Assembly: GCA_947259735.1 (NCBI GenBank)
Contig: CAMYNN010000006.1
Location: 4,998-68,997, forward strand
Reading direction: 5' to 3'
DNA: 64,000 nucleotides
From: Thermodesulfovibrionia bacterium
GTDB taxonomy: Bacteria > Nitrospirota > Thermodesulfovibrionia > UBA6902
Every line of letters begins with the position of its first letter. Position 1 is the stretch's first letter. A program made the position numbers and the translations under genes. The notes beneath the pieces are model-generated. The model saw nothing but the letters and a program-made list of their open reading frames with translations, was not told the origin of the DNA and made no database searches. Below are positions 28,828 to 38,572 of the stretch, in pieces.

Positions 28828-30312
28828 ATGAGAGTCAGCTTAGTAAATGCTCAGGTTTTAGACGGCAATAATGTTGTACCCCCTCTGGGACTGATGTACA
28901 TTGCAGCAGTTTTGGAAAAGGCGGGCCACAAGGTCCAGATATTTGATTCCGACCCTGAATACCAGGACACCATGATGCAGGAAATCAAGGATTTCAACCC
29001 TGATCTGATCGGGTTGAGTTTTTTAACGGTGGCCTATCAAAGGGCATTCAATCTTGCGAAGGCCCTGAAGAAAGAACTTCCCGATGTGACCTATTGTGCC
29101 GGCGGAGTACATCCAACGGTAAAGCCGAAAGAAACATTGACGGAATTTGACGTTGACTTTGTCGTTGTGGGAGAAGGGGAAGCCACGATTGTTGAAGCCT
29201 GTGAAAAGCTGGAGAAAAAAGAAGGAGTTGACGGTGTGAACGGAGTTATGTTCCGTAAGGATGGAGAAATTGTAACTACGCCTCCTCGGGAAATGATTAA
29301 AGACCTGGACTCCATTCCTTTTCCTGCGCGGCACTTGATTGATATGGCGCCATACCTCATGCCACCTGGAATTATCAGGGGGTATGCAGAAAAGAACCAG
29401 ACGACTATTGTTACAAGCAGGGGCTGTCCCTTTAAATGTATTTACTGCGGCAGTCATAATATCTTCGGAAGAAGGACCAGAAGGCGTTCTGTAAAAAATG
29501 TTGTTGATGAAGTAGAACATCTGCATAAAAACTTCGATATAAAGGGAGTCTACTATTGTGATGATACATTTACCCTCAGCTCCAAGTGGGTAAAAGAATA
29601 CTGTCATGAATTAAAGAAGAGAAATCTGAATGTCAAGTGGGCATGCCAGTCAAGGGTCGACCAGACAGACCCTGAGCTCATGAAGCTGATGAAAGAATCA
29701 GGGCTTGTGCAGCTTGATTTTGGCGTTGAAAGCGGTTCTGAAAAAATACTGAAAGTGCTGGGCAAGGGCGGTGCAGGTGACAGGACTTCACAGATAAAGA
29801 AATCCTTTAAACTGTGCAAGGAGCTTGATATCAGGACCCTTGCAACATTTATTATCGGCAATCCCGAAGAGACAAAAGATGACATAGACCAGAGTTTCCA
29901 GGTGGCAAAGGAAATCAATGCTGACTACACGGCATTCTATTTTCTCACCCCTTACCCGGGAACTGACATATATGACATGGCTATAGAAAACGGATGGCTT
30001 GACCCGAACCTGCCTTTCTCCGAGATCTGGGCACACAGGCAGCCGGAGCTCCCTTTAATGGCTATTACCTTTGGAAAGGAAGAGCTCAGAGATATCCGCA
30101 GACATCTGCAGAACCAGTTTTTTACAAGGAATTATCTCAGGAGTTCGGGGAATATCAGTTTCTACTCAATACTGATCAGCATAATCTTCAAGCATCCCGG
30201 GGTAATCCTGGACTGTCTGGGTAAATTTATCAGGACCCGCAGGATAGACTATATTGTAGAGACCCTCAACGCGGAGTACTGGCGGATGAAAAAGTACGAA
30301 GGCGCCGGATAA
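28828..30312 (+). CDS. B12-binding-domain radical SAM protein (class B rSAM, putative methyltransferase)
   Basis: N-terminal cobalamin-binding Rossmann region, then GCPFKCIYC radical SAM motif. Starts 40 nt after the fusion gene. Confidence 0.8.
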   Translation: MRVSLVNAQVLDGNNVVPPLGLMYIAAVLEKAGHKVQIFDSDPEYQDTMMQEIKDFNPDLIGLSFLTVAYQRAFNLAKALKKELPDVTYCAGGVHPTVKPKETLTEFDVDFVVVGEGEATIVEACEKLEKKEGVDGVNGVMFRKDGEIVTTPPREMIKDLDSIPFPARHLIDMAPYLMPPGIIRGYAEKNQTTIVTSRGCPFKCIYCGSHNIFGRRTRRRSVKNVVDEVEHLHKNFDIKGVYYCDDTFTLSSKWVKEYCHELKKRNLNVKWACQSRVDQTDPELMKLMKESGLVQLDFGVESGSEKILKVLGKGGAGDRTSQIKKSFKLCKELDIRTLATFIIGNPEETKDDIDQSFQVAKEINADYTAFYFLTPYPGTDIYDMAIENGWLDPNLPFSEIWAHRQPELPLMAITFGKEELRDIRRHLQNQFFTRNYLRSSGNISFYSILISIIFKHPGVILDCLGKFIRTRRIDYIVETLNAEYWRMKKYEGAG

Positions 30313-30332
30313 GGAACAATTCAAGAAACAAA

Positions 30333-30372
30333 AAAAAGGAGCGTTGCCAGGCAACGCTCCTTTTTTTTGTTT
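30333..30372 (+). terminator. Rho-independent terminator
   Basis: AAAAAAAAGGAGCGTTGCC-AGGCAACGCTCCTTTTTTTT is a perfect 11-bp stem followed by a T-run. Confidence 0.8.
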
Positions 30373-30577
30373 CTCCATACTTACTTTATTAAGCACGTCA
30401 ACGGGTTATAATAAAATATTAAAATGGTTACCCACTTGCTGATTTTGACTCCATGTTCAGGGTTTCAAGAAACTTCACTTCTCCCTATCTTCTTGGCCTC
30501 TCTTCCCCGCACTGACGGCTACTGTTAGGGGATCATGCAAATCATACTGTGCAGCATATGAAAAGATCTGAGACTCT

Positions 30578-32995
30578 ATGAGAAAAAATACACTATTCTC
30601 TATTACACTCATTATCGCTATAATGACTGGTCCGACGAAATTCTCTTTTGCGGTTCCTGCAGCCCCGGGTCTATTCGACTTGAGGCAGCCCGACAGCACT
30701 GTTTTCAGAGCACAGCAGCAGGGTGATGAGTGGAACAACAGGGTTGAGACCGCACATGGCTATACTGTGAAAAAACACATTGATGGATACTGGAAATATA
30801 TCTCCCGTTTTGAAAGAGACATCCCCCGTTTCAGCAACGTTCATGCTGACAATAACCCTCCTGCAGGAATTGCCAGGCATCTTCGTCCGGGCATTTTAAC
30901 GAATCCCCGTGAAGGGAGGGATTTGCACCCTGACGGCGCTCCATCCTCTTCTTCATCAGGATTAAAGAGCACCTCTTCTGTTTCAGGAGCGGCTGCTCCG
31001 ACAGGAACATTTAACGGGGCGGTTCTGTTTATTCTGGCAGAGTTCAATGACAGGTCCGGTGTATATACGGAAACGGATTTCGGAATACTTATTTCGAACA
31101 ATATCAATGATTATTTTGACAAGGCATCCTACGGCAGTGTTAATCTGTTTTCGGCCAGTGAAACTTCTGGAACAGCTGATAATGGTGTTGTTGGATGGGT
31201 AAATGTGGGAGGTGATCACCCCGATACGGGAAGTGCCACGGGGACGAAGAACAGGCGCTTGGCCAGGGATGCCATTATTGCCGCTGACCCCTTTATTAAT
31301 TATGCCTCCTATGATTCCGACAGTGACGGGTACGTTGATGCCGATGAACTGGCCGTTGTTGTAATTGTTGCCGGATTTGAGAGGGCATACAGCGCTTCCT
31401 ATACGCCAAGTGTCTGGGGTCATAAGTGGTCTCTTGGCTGGGGCGGAGTGAATGCACCTCGCGTTGACGGGGTGCGTGTCGGCCATGACCACGGCGGTAC
31501 GGGTGGCTATGCTCAGTTTGGAGAAATACACCGGAGCAATGCTTTGAACCAGCATCAGGCAACCATGGGGATTATGGTGCATGAACTGGGGCATCTCATT
31601 TTCGGACTTCCTGACTTGTACGATACCGACGGGTCCTCAGAAGGTATTGGTGTTTTTGGAATCATGGGCTCAGGCAGCTGGGGGAGGGCGTTATCGGATC
31701 CCTATTCCGGAGAGACGCCGGTATTGCCTTCAGCCTGGACTCGATACGATCGTGGCTGGTCAAGCGCATCTGTTTTTTCGGGCTATGCGGCGGTCACAGC
31801 CGCCGGAGCATTATCAGCGACGGGATCAAACTCAGCGTACAAACTTCTTACGTCACTTTCAAATGAATATTTTATTGTAGAAAACAGACAGCCTGTGGGA
31901 TATGACCGGGGTCTGGAAGTTCAGTTGGGAGCCGGATTTGGCGGCCTGGCTATCTGGCATATAGATGAAGACACAATTTCAAGCAAAATAAGCACAAACT
32001 CAGTTAACACAAGTGAATGTTACCCCGGCGGCCCGTCCTGTGATCCCAATCATTACGGCGTAGCCATTGTCCAGGCAGACAATCAATGGCACCTTGAGAA
32101 AGACTCAAACAGGGGCCAGGCCGTGGATTTGTGGAATTCGGGCAATAAAACGAGCTTCGATTCAGTTTCTGCTCCGAATAGTGATCTGTACAGTGGTGCT
32201 CAGAGCTATGTAAGCGTAACGAATATAAGTGCGGCAGGAACGACAATGACTGCTGCATTCAATGCCTATTTACTGGAAATCAACAGGACGGGATCAGGCA
32301 GCGGTACGGTGACGTCCAGTCCTGCCGGGCTCGACTGTGGAAGTAACTGTTTAGAGTATTACGAAAGCGGGACCGTTGTCGTACTGACGGCAACAGCCGG
32401 CGCGGAGTCAGTTTTTGCAGGGTGGAGTGGAGATCCTGACTGCTCTGATGGCTCCGTTGAAATGAGTGACGACAGGACGTGCACAGCAACCTTTGATGTA
32501 CTGCAATATCAGTTAAATACCGATGTAAGTCCTGCCGGCAGTGGGACCATAAGTCCTGACTGTTCATCTGGTTGCCTGTATGACAGCGGCACAATAGTCA
32601 CGTTAACTGCGACAGAGAGCGGCGGCTATTTTTTTGATGCCTGGTCAAACTGTGATTCTCCGTCAGGTAATGTCTGCACAGAGACAATGGATGAAAGCAT
32701 TACCATTACGTCCGGGTTTCTGGGATGCTTTGAGCCTGTCCGGATTGATTACACGACACCAGTGTATTTCAAGACTCTCCAGGCTGCCTATATTGCAGCT
32801 GTTGACGGGGACGTTATCCAGACCCGGGGCGTATCTTTTGTTGGAGACCTGAATGTAAACCGTCAAATATCGGTTACTCTTAATGGTGGATATAATTGCG
32901 ATTATTCAGCTGTTACGGGAACATCCGGCTTTAATGCCACGATGACCGTTGGTGAGGGAACAATTACGATCGGAGAATACATTTTCGGGAACTAG
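30578..32995 (+). CDS. Secreted M6-like (HExxH) zinc metalloprotease with C-terminal InlB-type B-repeat domains
   Basis: Signal peptide, HELGH zinc motif in a large catalytic domain, and repeated GSGTVTS…GLDCGS.C…Y.SGT.V.LTA…F.GWSG modules. High Gly/Ser/Thr content. Confidence 0.65.
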   Translation: MRKNTLFSITLIIAIMTGPTKFSFAVPAAPGLFDLRQPDSTVFRAQQQGDEWNNRVETAHGYTVKKHIDGYWKYISRFERDIPRFSNVHADNNPPAGIARHLRPGILTNPREGRDLHPDGAPSSSSSGLKSTSSVSGAAAPTGTFNGAVLFILAEFNDRSGVYTETDFGILISNNINDYFDKASYGSVNLFSASETSGTADNGVVGWVNVGGDHPDTGSATGTKNRRLARDAIIAADPFINYASYDSDSDGYVDADELAVVVIVAGFERAYSASYTPSVWGHKWSLGWGGVNAPRVDGVRVGHDHGGTGGYAQFGEIHRSNALNQHQATMGIMVHELGHLIFGLPDLYDTDGSSEGIGVFGIMGSGSWGRALSDPYSGETPVLPSAWTRYDRGWSSASVFSGYAAVTAAGALSATGSNSAYKLLTSLSNEYFIVENRQPVGYDRGLEVQLGAGFGGLAIWHIDEDTISSKISTNSVNTSECYPGGPSCDPNHYGVAIVQADNQWHLEKDSNRGQAVDLWNSGNKTSFDSVSAPNSDLYSGAQSYVSVTNISAAGTTMTAAFNAYLLEINRTGSGSGTVTSSPAGLDCGSNCLEYYESGTVVVLTATAGAESVFAGWSGDPDCSDGSVEMSDDRTCTATFDVLQYQLNTDVSPAGSGTISPDCSSGCLYDSGTIVTLTATESGGYFFDAWSNCDSPSGNVCTETMDESITITSGFLGCFEPVRIDYTTPVYFKTLQAAYIAAVDGDVIQTRGVSFVGDLNVNRQISVTLNGGYNCDYSAVTGTSGFNATMTVGEGTITIGEYIFGN

Positions 32996-33037
32996 GAGTA
33001 TGGTTCTCCCCGCCGTCTGACCTTCCCTGCGTCCGGT

Positions 33038-33874
33038 CTAAAACCCCTGCACAGGAGTCGGAGTAAAGGTCAAAATGAAAATTACGAGTGACACCCAGCC
33101 CATAAACTTTCTTTTTCTGTCAAGCTGAATGTGGGGAAAGACAACTGGTGGATGTCTGTACCCGAGAATGATCATCAATATGGCCCATATTAACCAGCCC
33201 GGCCAGAAAATAATGCCAAGAACTACTAAAACAGGTAGAGTTCCTTTCGAAATCCACGCATGCTTTTCACCGAAGAGTGCGTAAATAATATGCCCGCCGT
33301 CAAGTTGACCGATGGGAAGTAGATTCAATGATGTGACTAAAAGCCCGATCCATCCGGCGAAAGCAACGGGATGGAGTATTACGTCATATGATTCAGGATC
33401 AACATTCAATACAATTGTAGAGAGAAAGTTGAACAATAGTGAACTCCCGAAGGCAAGACCTTCCTGCAGTTCGCCTGCAGGCCTTACCTCTGACATGTGC
33501 AGGCCTGCAACACAGGCAATGACGGCAATTATGAATCCGCCAATCGGTCCTGACGCGCCGATGTCGATAAGAGATCTCCTGTCCGGTATTGGCGGCTTCA
33601 TTTTTATAACTGCTCCGAAGGTCCCGATTATTGAAGGGGCGGGAATGAAGTATGGAAGTGTTGCGGATACATGATGTTTTCGTGATGCCAGATAATGAGA
33701 CATTTCATGGGTGAGAAGAATAAAAAGCAGGGTTAATGAGAAAGGCAGTCCGAGATAAATTTTTTCAGGTTCTTCCCATGGGATAATTCCGTTAAGCAGT
33801 GCACCGGCACTCATTGTGGTCAAAAAAGTCAGAACAAAAAGCAGAATGTGTATGCGGGTCAGTTTATGAGGCAT
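33038..33874 (-). CDS. Site-2 protease family (M50) intramembrane metalloprotease
   Basis: HEMSH in TM2, LDGG motif (IGQLDGGHI), multi-TM topology. Confidence 0.7.
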   Translation of the reverse strand: MPHKLTRIHILLFVLTFLTTMSAGALLNGIIPWEEPEKIYLGLPFSLTLLFILLTHEMSHYLASRKHHVSATLPYFIPAPSIIGTFGAVIKMKPPIPDRRSLIDIGASGPIGGFIIAVIACVAGLHMSEVRPAGELQEGLAFGSSLLFNFLSTIVLNVDPESYDVILHPVAFAGWIGLLVTSLNLLPIGQLDGGHIIYALFGEKHAWISKGTLPVLVVLGIIFWPGWLIWAILMIILGYRHPPVVFPHIQLDRKRKFMGWVSLVIFILTFTPTPVQGF

Positions 33875-34349
33875 CGTATTTTTTCTGGTATTTCGTTGCC
33901 AGGGGTTGAATTATAAAATAGCTTATCACTGCGGATATGGTACCTATGAGAAATGAGCCCACAAAAAAGGACTTTATAAGAGGCATCAATTCCTTGACAA
34001 GAAGAATGAAATTGTCCAGGTCTGTCAGCTTAGTCATGACACCAGTAAGGCTTACACTTCCCCAGTCCACTTCAGGCAAAACCTGTTTTATCCCCATCAG
34101 TTTTGCGCCGGTCCAGACACAGAAAGAGGAGATGGGGACAATTGTCCACGGGTTATTAACGCTGACCCCTACGACTGCAACCAGCTTGTTTAAGCGAAGA
34201 ATCCAGGCCAGAAACAGGGCGAGAATATAATGAAGGCCCAGCAAAGGAGAGATCCCCATGAAAACTCCCATGGCAAATGCAAGGGCGATGCGCTGGGGCG
34301 TGTCTTTTACATTGAAGATGCTTCTGAATGTATCTTTAAAGTAAGCCAT
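33864..34349 (-). CDS. DUF2062-family membrane protein
   Basis: Small polytopic protein. Overlaps the M50 protease start by 11 nt, suggesting co-transcription. Confidence 0.45.
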   Translation of the reverse strand: MAYFKDTFRSIFNVKDTPQRIALAFAMGVFMGISPLLGLHYILALFLAWILRLNKLVAVVGVSVNNPWTIVPISSFCVWTGAKLMGIKQVLPEVDWGSVSLTGVMTKLTDLDNFILLVKELMPLIKSFFVGSFLIGTISAVISYFIIQPLATKYQKKYDAS

Positions 34350-34404
34350 TATTTTAAAAAGAGTCCCAATGGTCGAGGGTTCCAGGGGGCAAGGAAAAAC
34401 ATAA

Positions 34405-34500
34405 TATAAACATCGCTCGAGTCCCTGAATCTCGAAGCGAGTCTACGCGAAGTCGGTACGACTCGATTCCGAGAGTCGCTCCGACCCTGACTCCCTGGAG
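34405..34500. repeat. About 50-bp intergenic repeat element, copy 1 (second copy at 35585-35650)
   Basis: Shared core GAATCTCGAA(G/A)C(G/A)AGTCTACGCGAA plus TCG…CGACC. The two copies flank thiL on both sides. Confidence 0.5.
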
Positions 34501-34504
34501 CCTG

Positions 34505-35461
34505 TTACTTAAAGTGTTCATAGCCTTCTGCCTGAAAGGGCGTTTTCTTTCCGTCGGCATCGATTATGTATCGGCCTTTTTTTATTATTTCTCCAATTCT
34601 GTGTGCAGCGGTTCTGTAACCGGGCGGTGCTGTGAAAAGAAGGACATAATCTTCACCGCCTTCTAGAGCAGATTTAAAGGGATCTTGCCCAAGCTTTTTT
34701 GCCATAGTAAGAAGTTCTCTTGACAGGGGGATTCTCTCCTTGTATATCATGGCCCCAACTCTACTCTTCTCACATAGATGGCTCAAGTCAATGAGAAGCC
34801 CGTCGCTGACATCTATCATAGATGTTGCATTTTTTGTACTTTTTAGCGGTGCTGGAAGAGGCATTAAATGTTTCCTGATGAGCTTCAGGCGGTCAGTGGC
34901 CGGTGAAAACCTGTGTACTTTTCTCCGTGATCTTTTTAAAAGGGCCAGTCCCATTGCTGAATCGCCCGTTGTGTCAGCTAAATAGATTCCATCACCTGCT
35001 TTTGCCCCCGAGCGCATCACCGCTTTTTTTGTATGCCCGATCACTGTTCCACTGAGAATGAGTCCTGTTACGGAAGTGCAGGTGTCTCCGCCAATAACTG
35101 TTACATTAAACTTTGCAGCGAGTTTGTTTATTCCAGAGTACATTTCATCAATCTGTCCGGAATCGATGCCCTTTGGAATACCGAGGCTTATGAGAAAATA
35201 TTTTGGGCCTCCCCCCATTGCGAGTATATCACTGATGTTTACAGCGAGGAACTTATACCCGAGTTGAAAGAATGTTGTAAATGAAAGATCAAAGTGCACT
35301 CCTTCAAGCATCATGTCGGAAGTTATCAGTGCATTCTCACCCGGAATATGAACGACGGCGGCGTCATCACCGATGCCGGCAAGAACTCCCGGAGAAAGGC
35401 GGGGACATCGTTTCTGCAGTTTTTTTATTAAGCCGAATTCACCTAATTCTGAAAGTTTCAT
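34505..35461 (-). CDS. thiL: Thiamine-monophosphate kinase
   Basis: AIR-synthase-related PurM-like fold motifs (GDDAAV, the N-terminal …GEFGLI…). Confidence 0.8.
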   Translation of the reverse strand: MKLSELGEFGLIKKLQKRCPRLSPGVLAGIGDDAAVVHIPGENALITSDMMLEGVHFDLSFTTFFQLGYKFLAVNISDILAMGGGPKYFLISLGIPKGIDSGQIDEMYSGINKLAAKFNVTVIGGDTCTSVTGLILSGTVIGHTKKAVMRSGAKAGDGIYLADTTGDSAMGLALLKRSRRKVHRFSPATDRLKLIRKHLMPLPAPLKSTKNATSMIDVSDGLLIDLSHLCEKSRVGAMIYKERIPLSRELLTMAKKLGQDPFKSALEGGEDYVLLFTAPPGYRTAAHRIGEIIKKGRYIIDADGKKTPFQAEGYEHFK

Positions 35462-35584
35462 ATAGCTGTTAATATTGAAAATCGAGGGGCTGAGGAGAAA
35501 ATAACCTGTAAAATTAAATTTATGAAAAGACGTTATTGAATAATCTTTATGCTGATAGTGCTATGCCGGTTATTTTGCGATCTT

Positions 35585-35650
35585 TCCAGACCCCTCGAAT
35601 CTCGAAACAAGTCTACGCGAAAATTCGCTTCGACCTGTCCCGATTTTGAG
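35585..35650. repeat. About 50-bp intergenic repeat element, copy 2
   Basis: See 34405-34500. Located between the thiL start and the lon stop. Confidence 0.5.
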
Positions 35651-35709
35651 CAGGATTTGACCGGCGATTTTATATCTCATTGCCCCGCACTGGCGCTCTG
35701 TAACACAAA

Positions 35710-38289
35710 CTACTTCCTTCTTTTGCTCTTCCCGGCGGTCTTTTTAAGGCTCTTTTTTACTGTCTTTGAGCCAGTCTTCGCGACTTTTCTTTTGACCTTT
35801 TTTGTGACAGTCTTTTTCGCTGCCTTCCCGGCAGGCTTCTTCACACTCTTTTTTACAGTTTTCGAACCGGTTTTCGCGACTTTCCTCCCGGCTTTCTTTG
35901 TGACGGTCTTTTTTGCTGCCTTCCCCGGGGTCTTCCTGCCGGCTATCTTCAGGGCGTTCTTCAATACTTCGTCCATTGTCTCCACCGGGATGAACGTCAT
36001 ATCTTTCTTGATATATTTGGGAATATCCTCAAGGTCTTTTTCATTCCTCTTGGGGATAATGACCTTGTTTATACCCATCCTCCTTGCAGCGAGGGTCTTT
36101 TCTTTTAACCCGCCGATTGGCAGTACGCTTCCCCGGAGAGTAACTTCGCCTGTCATCGCAATGCTTTTATAAACAGCCTTGCCTGTAAACACAGAGGCAA
36201 TCGCTGTAGCCATGGTGATACCTGCCGAGGGGCCGTCTTTCGGGATGGCACCGGCCGGGACATGTATGTGAATGTCATTATCGGAAAACATGGTATTGTT
36301 AATGCCGAGGGTTTTTGCCCTTGATCGAATGTAACTCAACGCAGCATGGGCTGACTCTTTCATGACGTCTCCGAGCTGCCCCGTGAGAGTCAGGCTGCCT
36401 TTCCCTTTCATGATCGTTGCTTCGATGTATATAATGTCCCCGCCTGTTTCTGTCCAGGCGAGTCCCGTTGAAAGACCGACCTCATCTTTCTTGATTTCTT
36501 CTTCGGGAAGGTACTTTGGCACGCCAAGATATTTTGAAAGGTTTGCCGAGGAAATGACGTATTTTTTGACTTTCCCTTCTGCAATTTTTCTCGCGACCTT
36601 CCGGCAGAGGTTGGCGATTTCCCGTTCAAGGTTTCTTACTCCTGCCTCACCTGTGTAATGAGTGATTACCTGCAGAAGTGCGCTCTCATTGATCTTTATG
36701 TTTGCGTCTGTAATGCCATGTTCCTCTAACTGTTTCGGGATTAAATAGTTTCTCGCTATCCCCACTTTTTCTTCCGCCGTATACCCGGAGAGGTAGAGCA
36801 CTTCCATCCTGTCTCTTAAGGGACCCGGAATGGGGTCCATCAGGTTTGCTGTCGTTATAAACATTACGTTGCTTAAATCATAGGGGACTCCGAGATAGTG
36901 GTCTGCAAAGGAGAAATTCTGCTCGGGATCCAGCACCTCAAGTAATGCAGATGCAGGATCACCTCTGAAATCCATGCCAATTTTGTCAACTTCATCGAGC
37001 ATGAAAACAGGGTTGTTTTTCCCCGCTGTCTTTATGCCCTGAATAACGCGGCCGGGCATAGCGCCCACATAGGTTCTCCTGTGACCCCTTATCTCGGCTT
37101 CATCTCTCATTCCTCCGAGGGACATCCTGTAAAATTCCCGTCCGAGTGCTCTTGCGATGGACTTCCCCAAAGATGTTTTACCCACTCCGGGCGGCCCCAC
37201 AAAGCAGAGGATGGGCCCTTTCATTTTGTCCTTCAGTTTTCTTACTCCAAGGTATTCAAGTATTCTTTCCTTGATTTTTTCGAGGTCGTAGTGGTCTTCA
37301 TCGAGAATCTTTTTGGCTCTCTTTATATCCAGGTTGTCCTTTGTGCTCTTTGCCCAGGGGATTTCAACAAGCCAGTCTATGTATGTACGTATTGTCCCCG
37401 CCTCGGCGCTGTCCTGATGCATTTTCTCGAGGCGGTTGATCTGTTTAAAGGCTTCTTTTTCTACCTTCTCCGGCATTTTCGCTTCTTCTATTTTCTTCCG
37501 CAGATCCAGTATTTCCTCGGTCTTCTCATCTATTTCACCGAGCTCTTTCTGTATGGCCTTTAACTGCTCACGCAGAAAGTATTCCCGCTGTGTCTTGTCT
37601 ATTTCGCCTTTGACATCGGACTGTATTTTTTGCTGGACCAGCAGCAGGTCGACTTCCCTGTTGAGAATTTCACTGATCTTTTTAAGCCTGATAATGGGGT
37701 CTGTTTCTTCAAGCAGTTCCTGGGCCTGCTCAGCCTTTAATCCGAGGTTTGATGCCACCAGGTCAGCAAGCCTTCCCGGTTCCTCTATATTTTCAATCAA
37801 AACTATAATATCGGGAAGGAATGATTTGCCCAGAGCAAGGGATTTGTCAACCAGTTCTTTTACATTGCGCATAAGCGCTTCTATTTCGAGAGACATCTCG
37901 GTCTGTTCCTGGTCAAGTACCTTTTCGATTTCTCCAATATAGTAAGGGTCTTCCTGATTGTATTTGAGAATCCTGGCTTTCGAAAGTCCCTGTACAAGAA
38001 TTTTCAAACGGCCATCGGGCAGTTTCAGCATTCTAAGAATTGTCCCTACGGTCCCTACGGTGTAAAGGTCATCTTTGGCAGGCGATTCAACATTCACATC
38101 CTTTTGAGAGACGAGCAGTATCAGTTTATTACTGTCCACTGCATTTTCAATTGCCTTAATTGATACATCTCTTCCCACAAATAGAGGGAGTATCATATAT
38201 GGGAAAATGACAACATCTCTTACAGGAAGAATTGGCAGGGCCGACGGGATTTCTATTTCTCGCTCTTCCTTTATGTCAAATTCTGTCAT
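35710..38289 (-). CDS. lon: ATP-dependent Lon protease with a ~75-aa C-terminal Lys/Ala-rich histone H1-like tandem-repeat extension
   Basis: Lon N-domain, AAA+ (GPPGVGKTS) and S16 protease (…[10 protein letters not shown]…) domains. The tail reads [32 protein letters not shown] twice, encoded by a ~96-bp DNA tandem repeat (35716-35910). Confidence 0.9.
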   Translation of the reverse strand: MTEFDIKEEREIEIPSALPILPVRDVVIFPYMILPLFVGRDVSIKAIENAVDSNKLILLVSQKDVNVESPAKDDLYTVGTVGTILRMLKLPDGRLKILVQGLSKARILKYNQEDPYYIGEIEKVLDQEQTEMSLEIEALMRNVKELVDKSLALGKSFLPDIIVLIENIEEPGRLADLVASNLGLKAEQAQELLEETDPIIRLKKISEILNREVDLLLVQQKIQSDVKGEIDKTQREYFLREQLKAIQKELGEIDEKTEEILDLRKKIEEAKMPEKVEKEAFKQINRLEKMHQDSAEAGTIRTYIDWLVEIPWAKSTKDNLDIKRAKKILDEDHYDLEKIKERILEYLGVRKLKDKMKGPILCFVGPPGVGKTSLGKSIARALGREFYRMSLGGMRDEAEIRGHRRTYVGAMPGRVIQGIKTAGKNNPVFMLDEVDKIGMDFRGDPASALLEVLDPEQNFSFADHYLGVPYDLSNVMFITTANLMDPIPGPLRDRMEVLYLSGYTAEEKVGIARNYLIPKQLEEHGITDANIKINESALLQVITHYTGEAGVRNLEREIANLCRKVARKIAEGKVKKYVISSANLSKYLGVPKYLPEEEIKKDEVGLSTGLAWTETGGDIIYIEATIMKGKGSLTLTGQLGDVMKESAHAALSYIRSRAKTLGINNTMFSDNDIHIHVPAGAIPKDGPSAGITMATAIASVFTGKAVYKSIAMTGEVTLRGSVLPIGGLKEKTLAARRMGINKVIIPKRNEKDLEDIPKYIKKDMTFIPVETMDEVLKNALKIAGRKTPGKAAKKTVTKKAGRKVAKTGSKTVKKSVKKPAGKAAKKTVTKKVKRKVAKTGSKTVKKSLKKTAGKSKRRK

Positions 38290-38572
38290 TCTATCTCCTT
38301 TTCAGAATTAATTTCTTCTTCAGTAATGTTGAGAATCCTCAATAAATTAAAAACATAGACTGAAAATCAATCATATTGTACCATGGAATCTGAGTTATTG
38401 AAAGAGGACAAGAAAAAAAGGAAAAAACTTTGATGCAACTCTATTAAGAGCCGTTTATTTGGAACGCAGGATCAAATGAAACTGCTATAAATACTGAAAA
38501 AAAGTCCCGATTATTGAATGCAGGGATAGAAGGCAATTCCTGAAAGAGAGGACGATTCACATCCCCTGTACA

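Noticed and set aside
35549-36172. 207-aa plus-strand ORF with low-complexity repeats ([12 protein letters not shown]…)
   Set aside because: It is antisense to the Lon C-terminal Lys-rich tandem-repeat tail. It is a reading-frame shadow of that repeat, not a gene.
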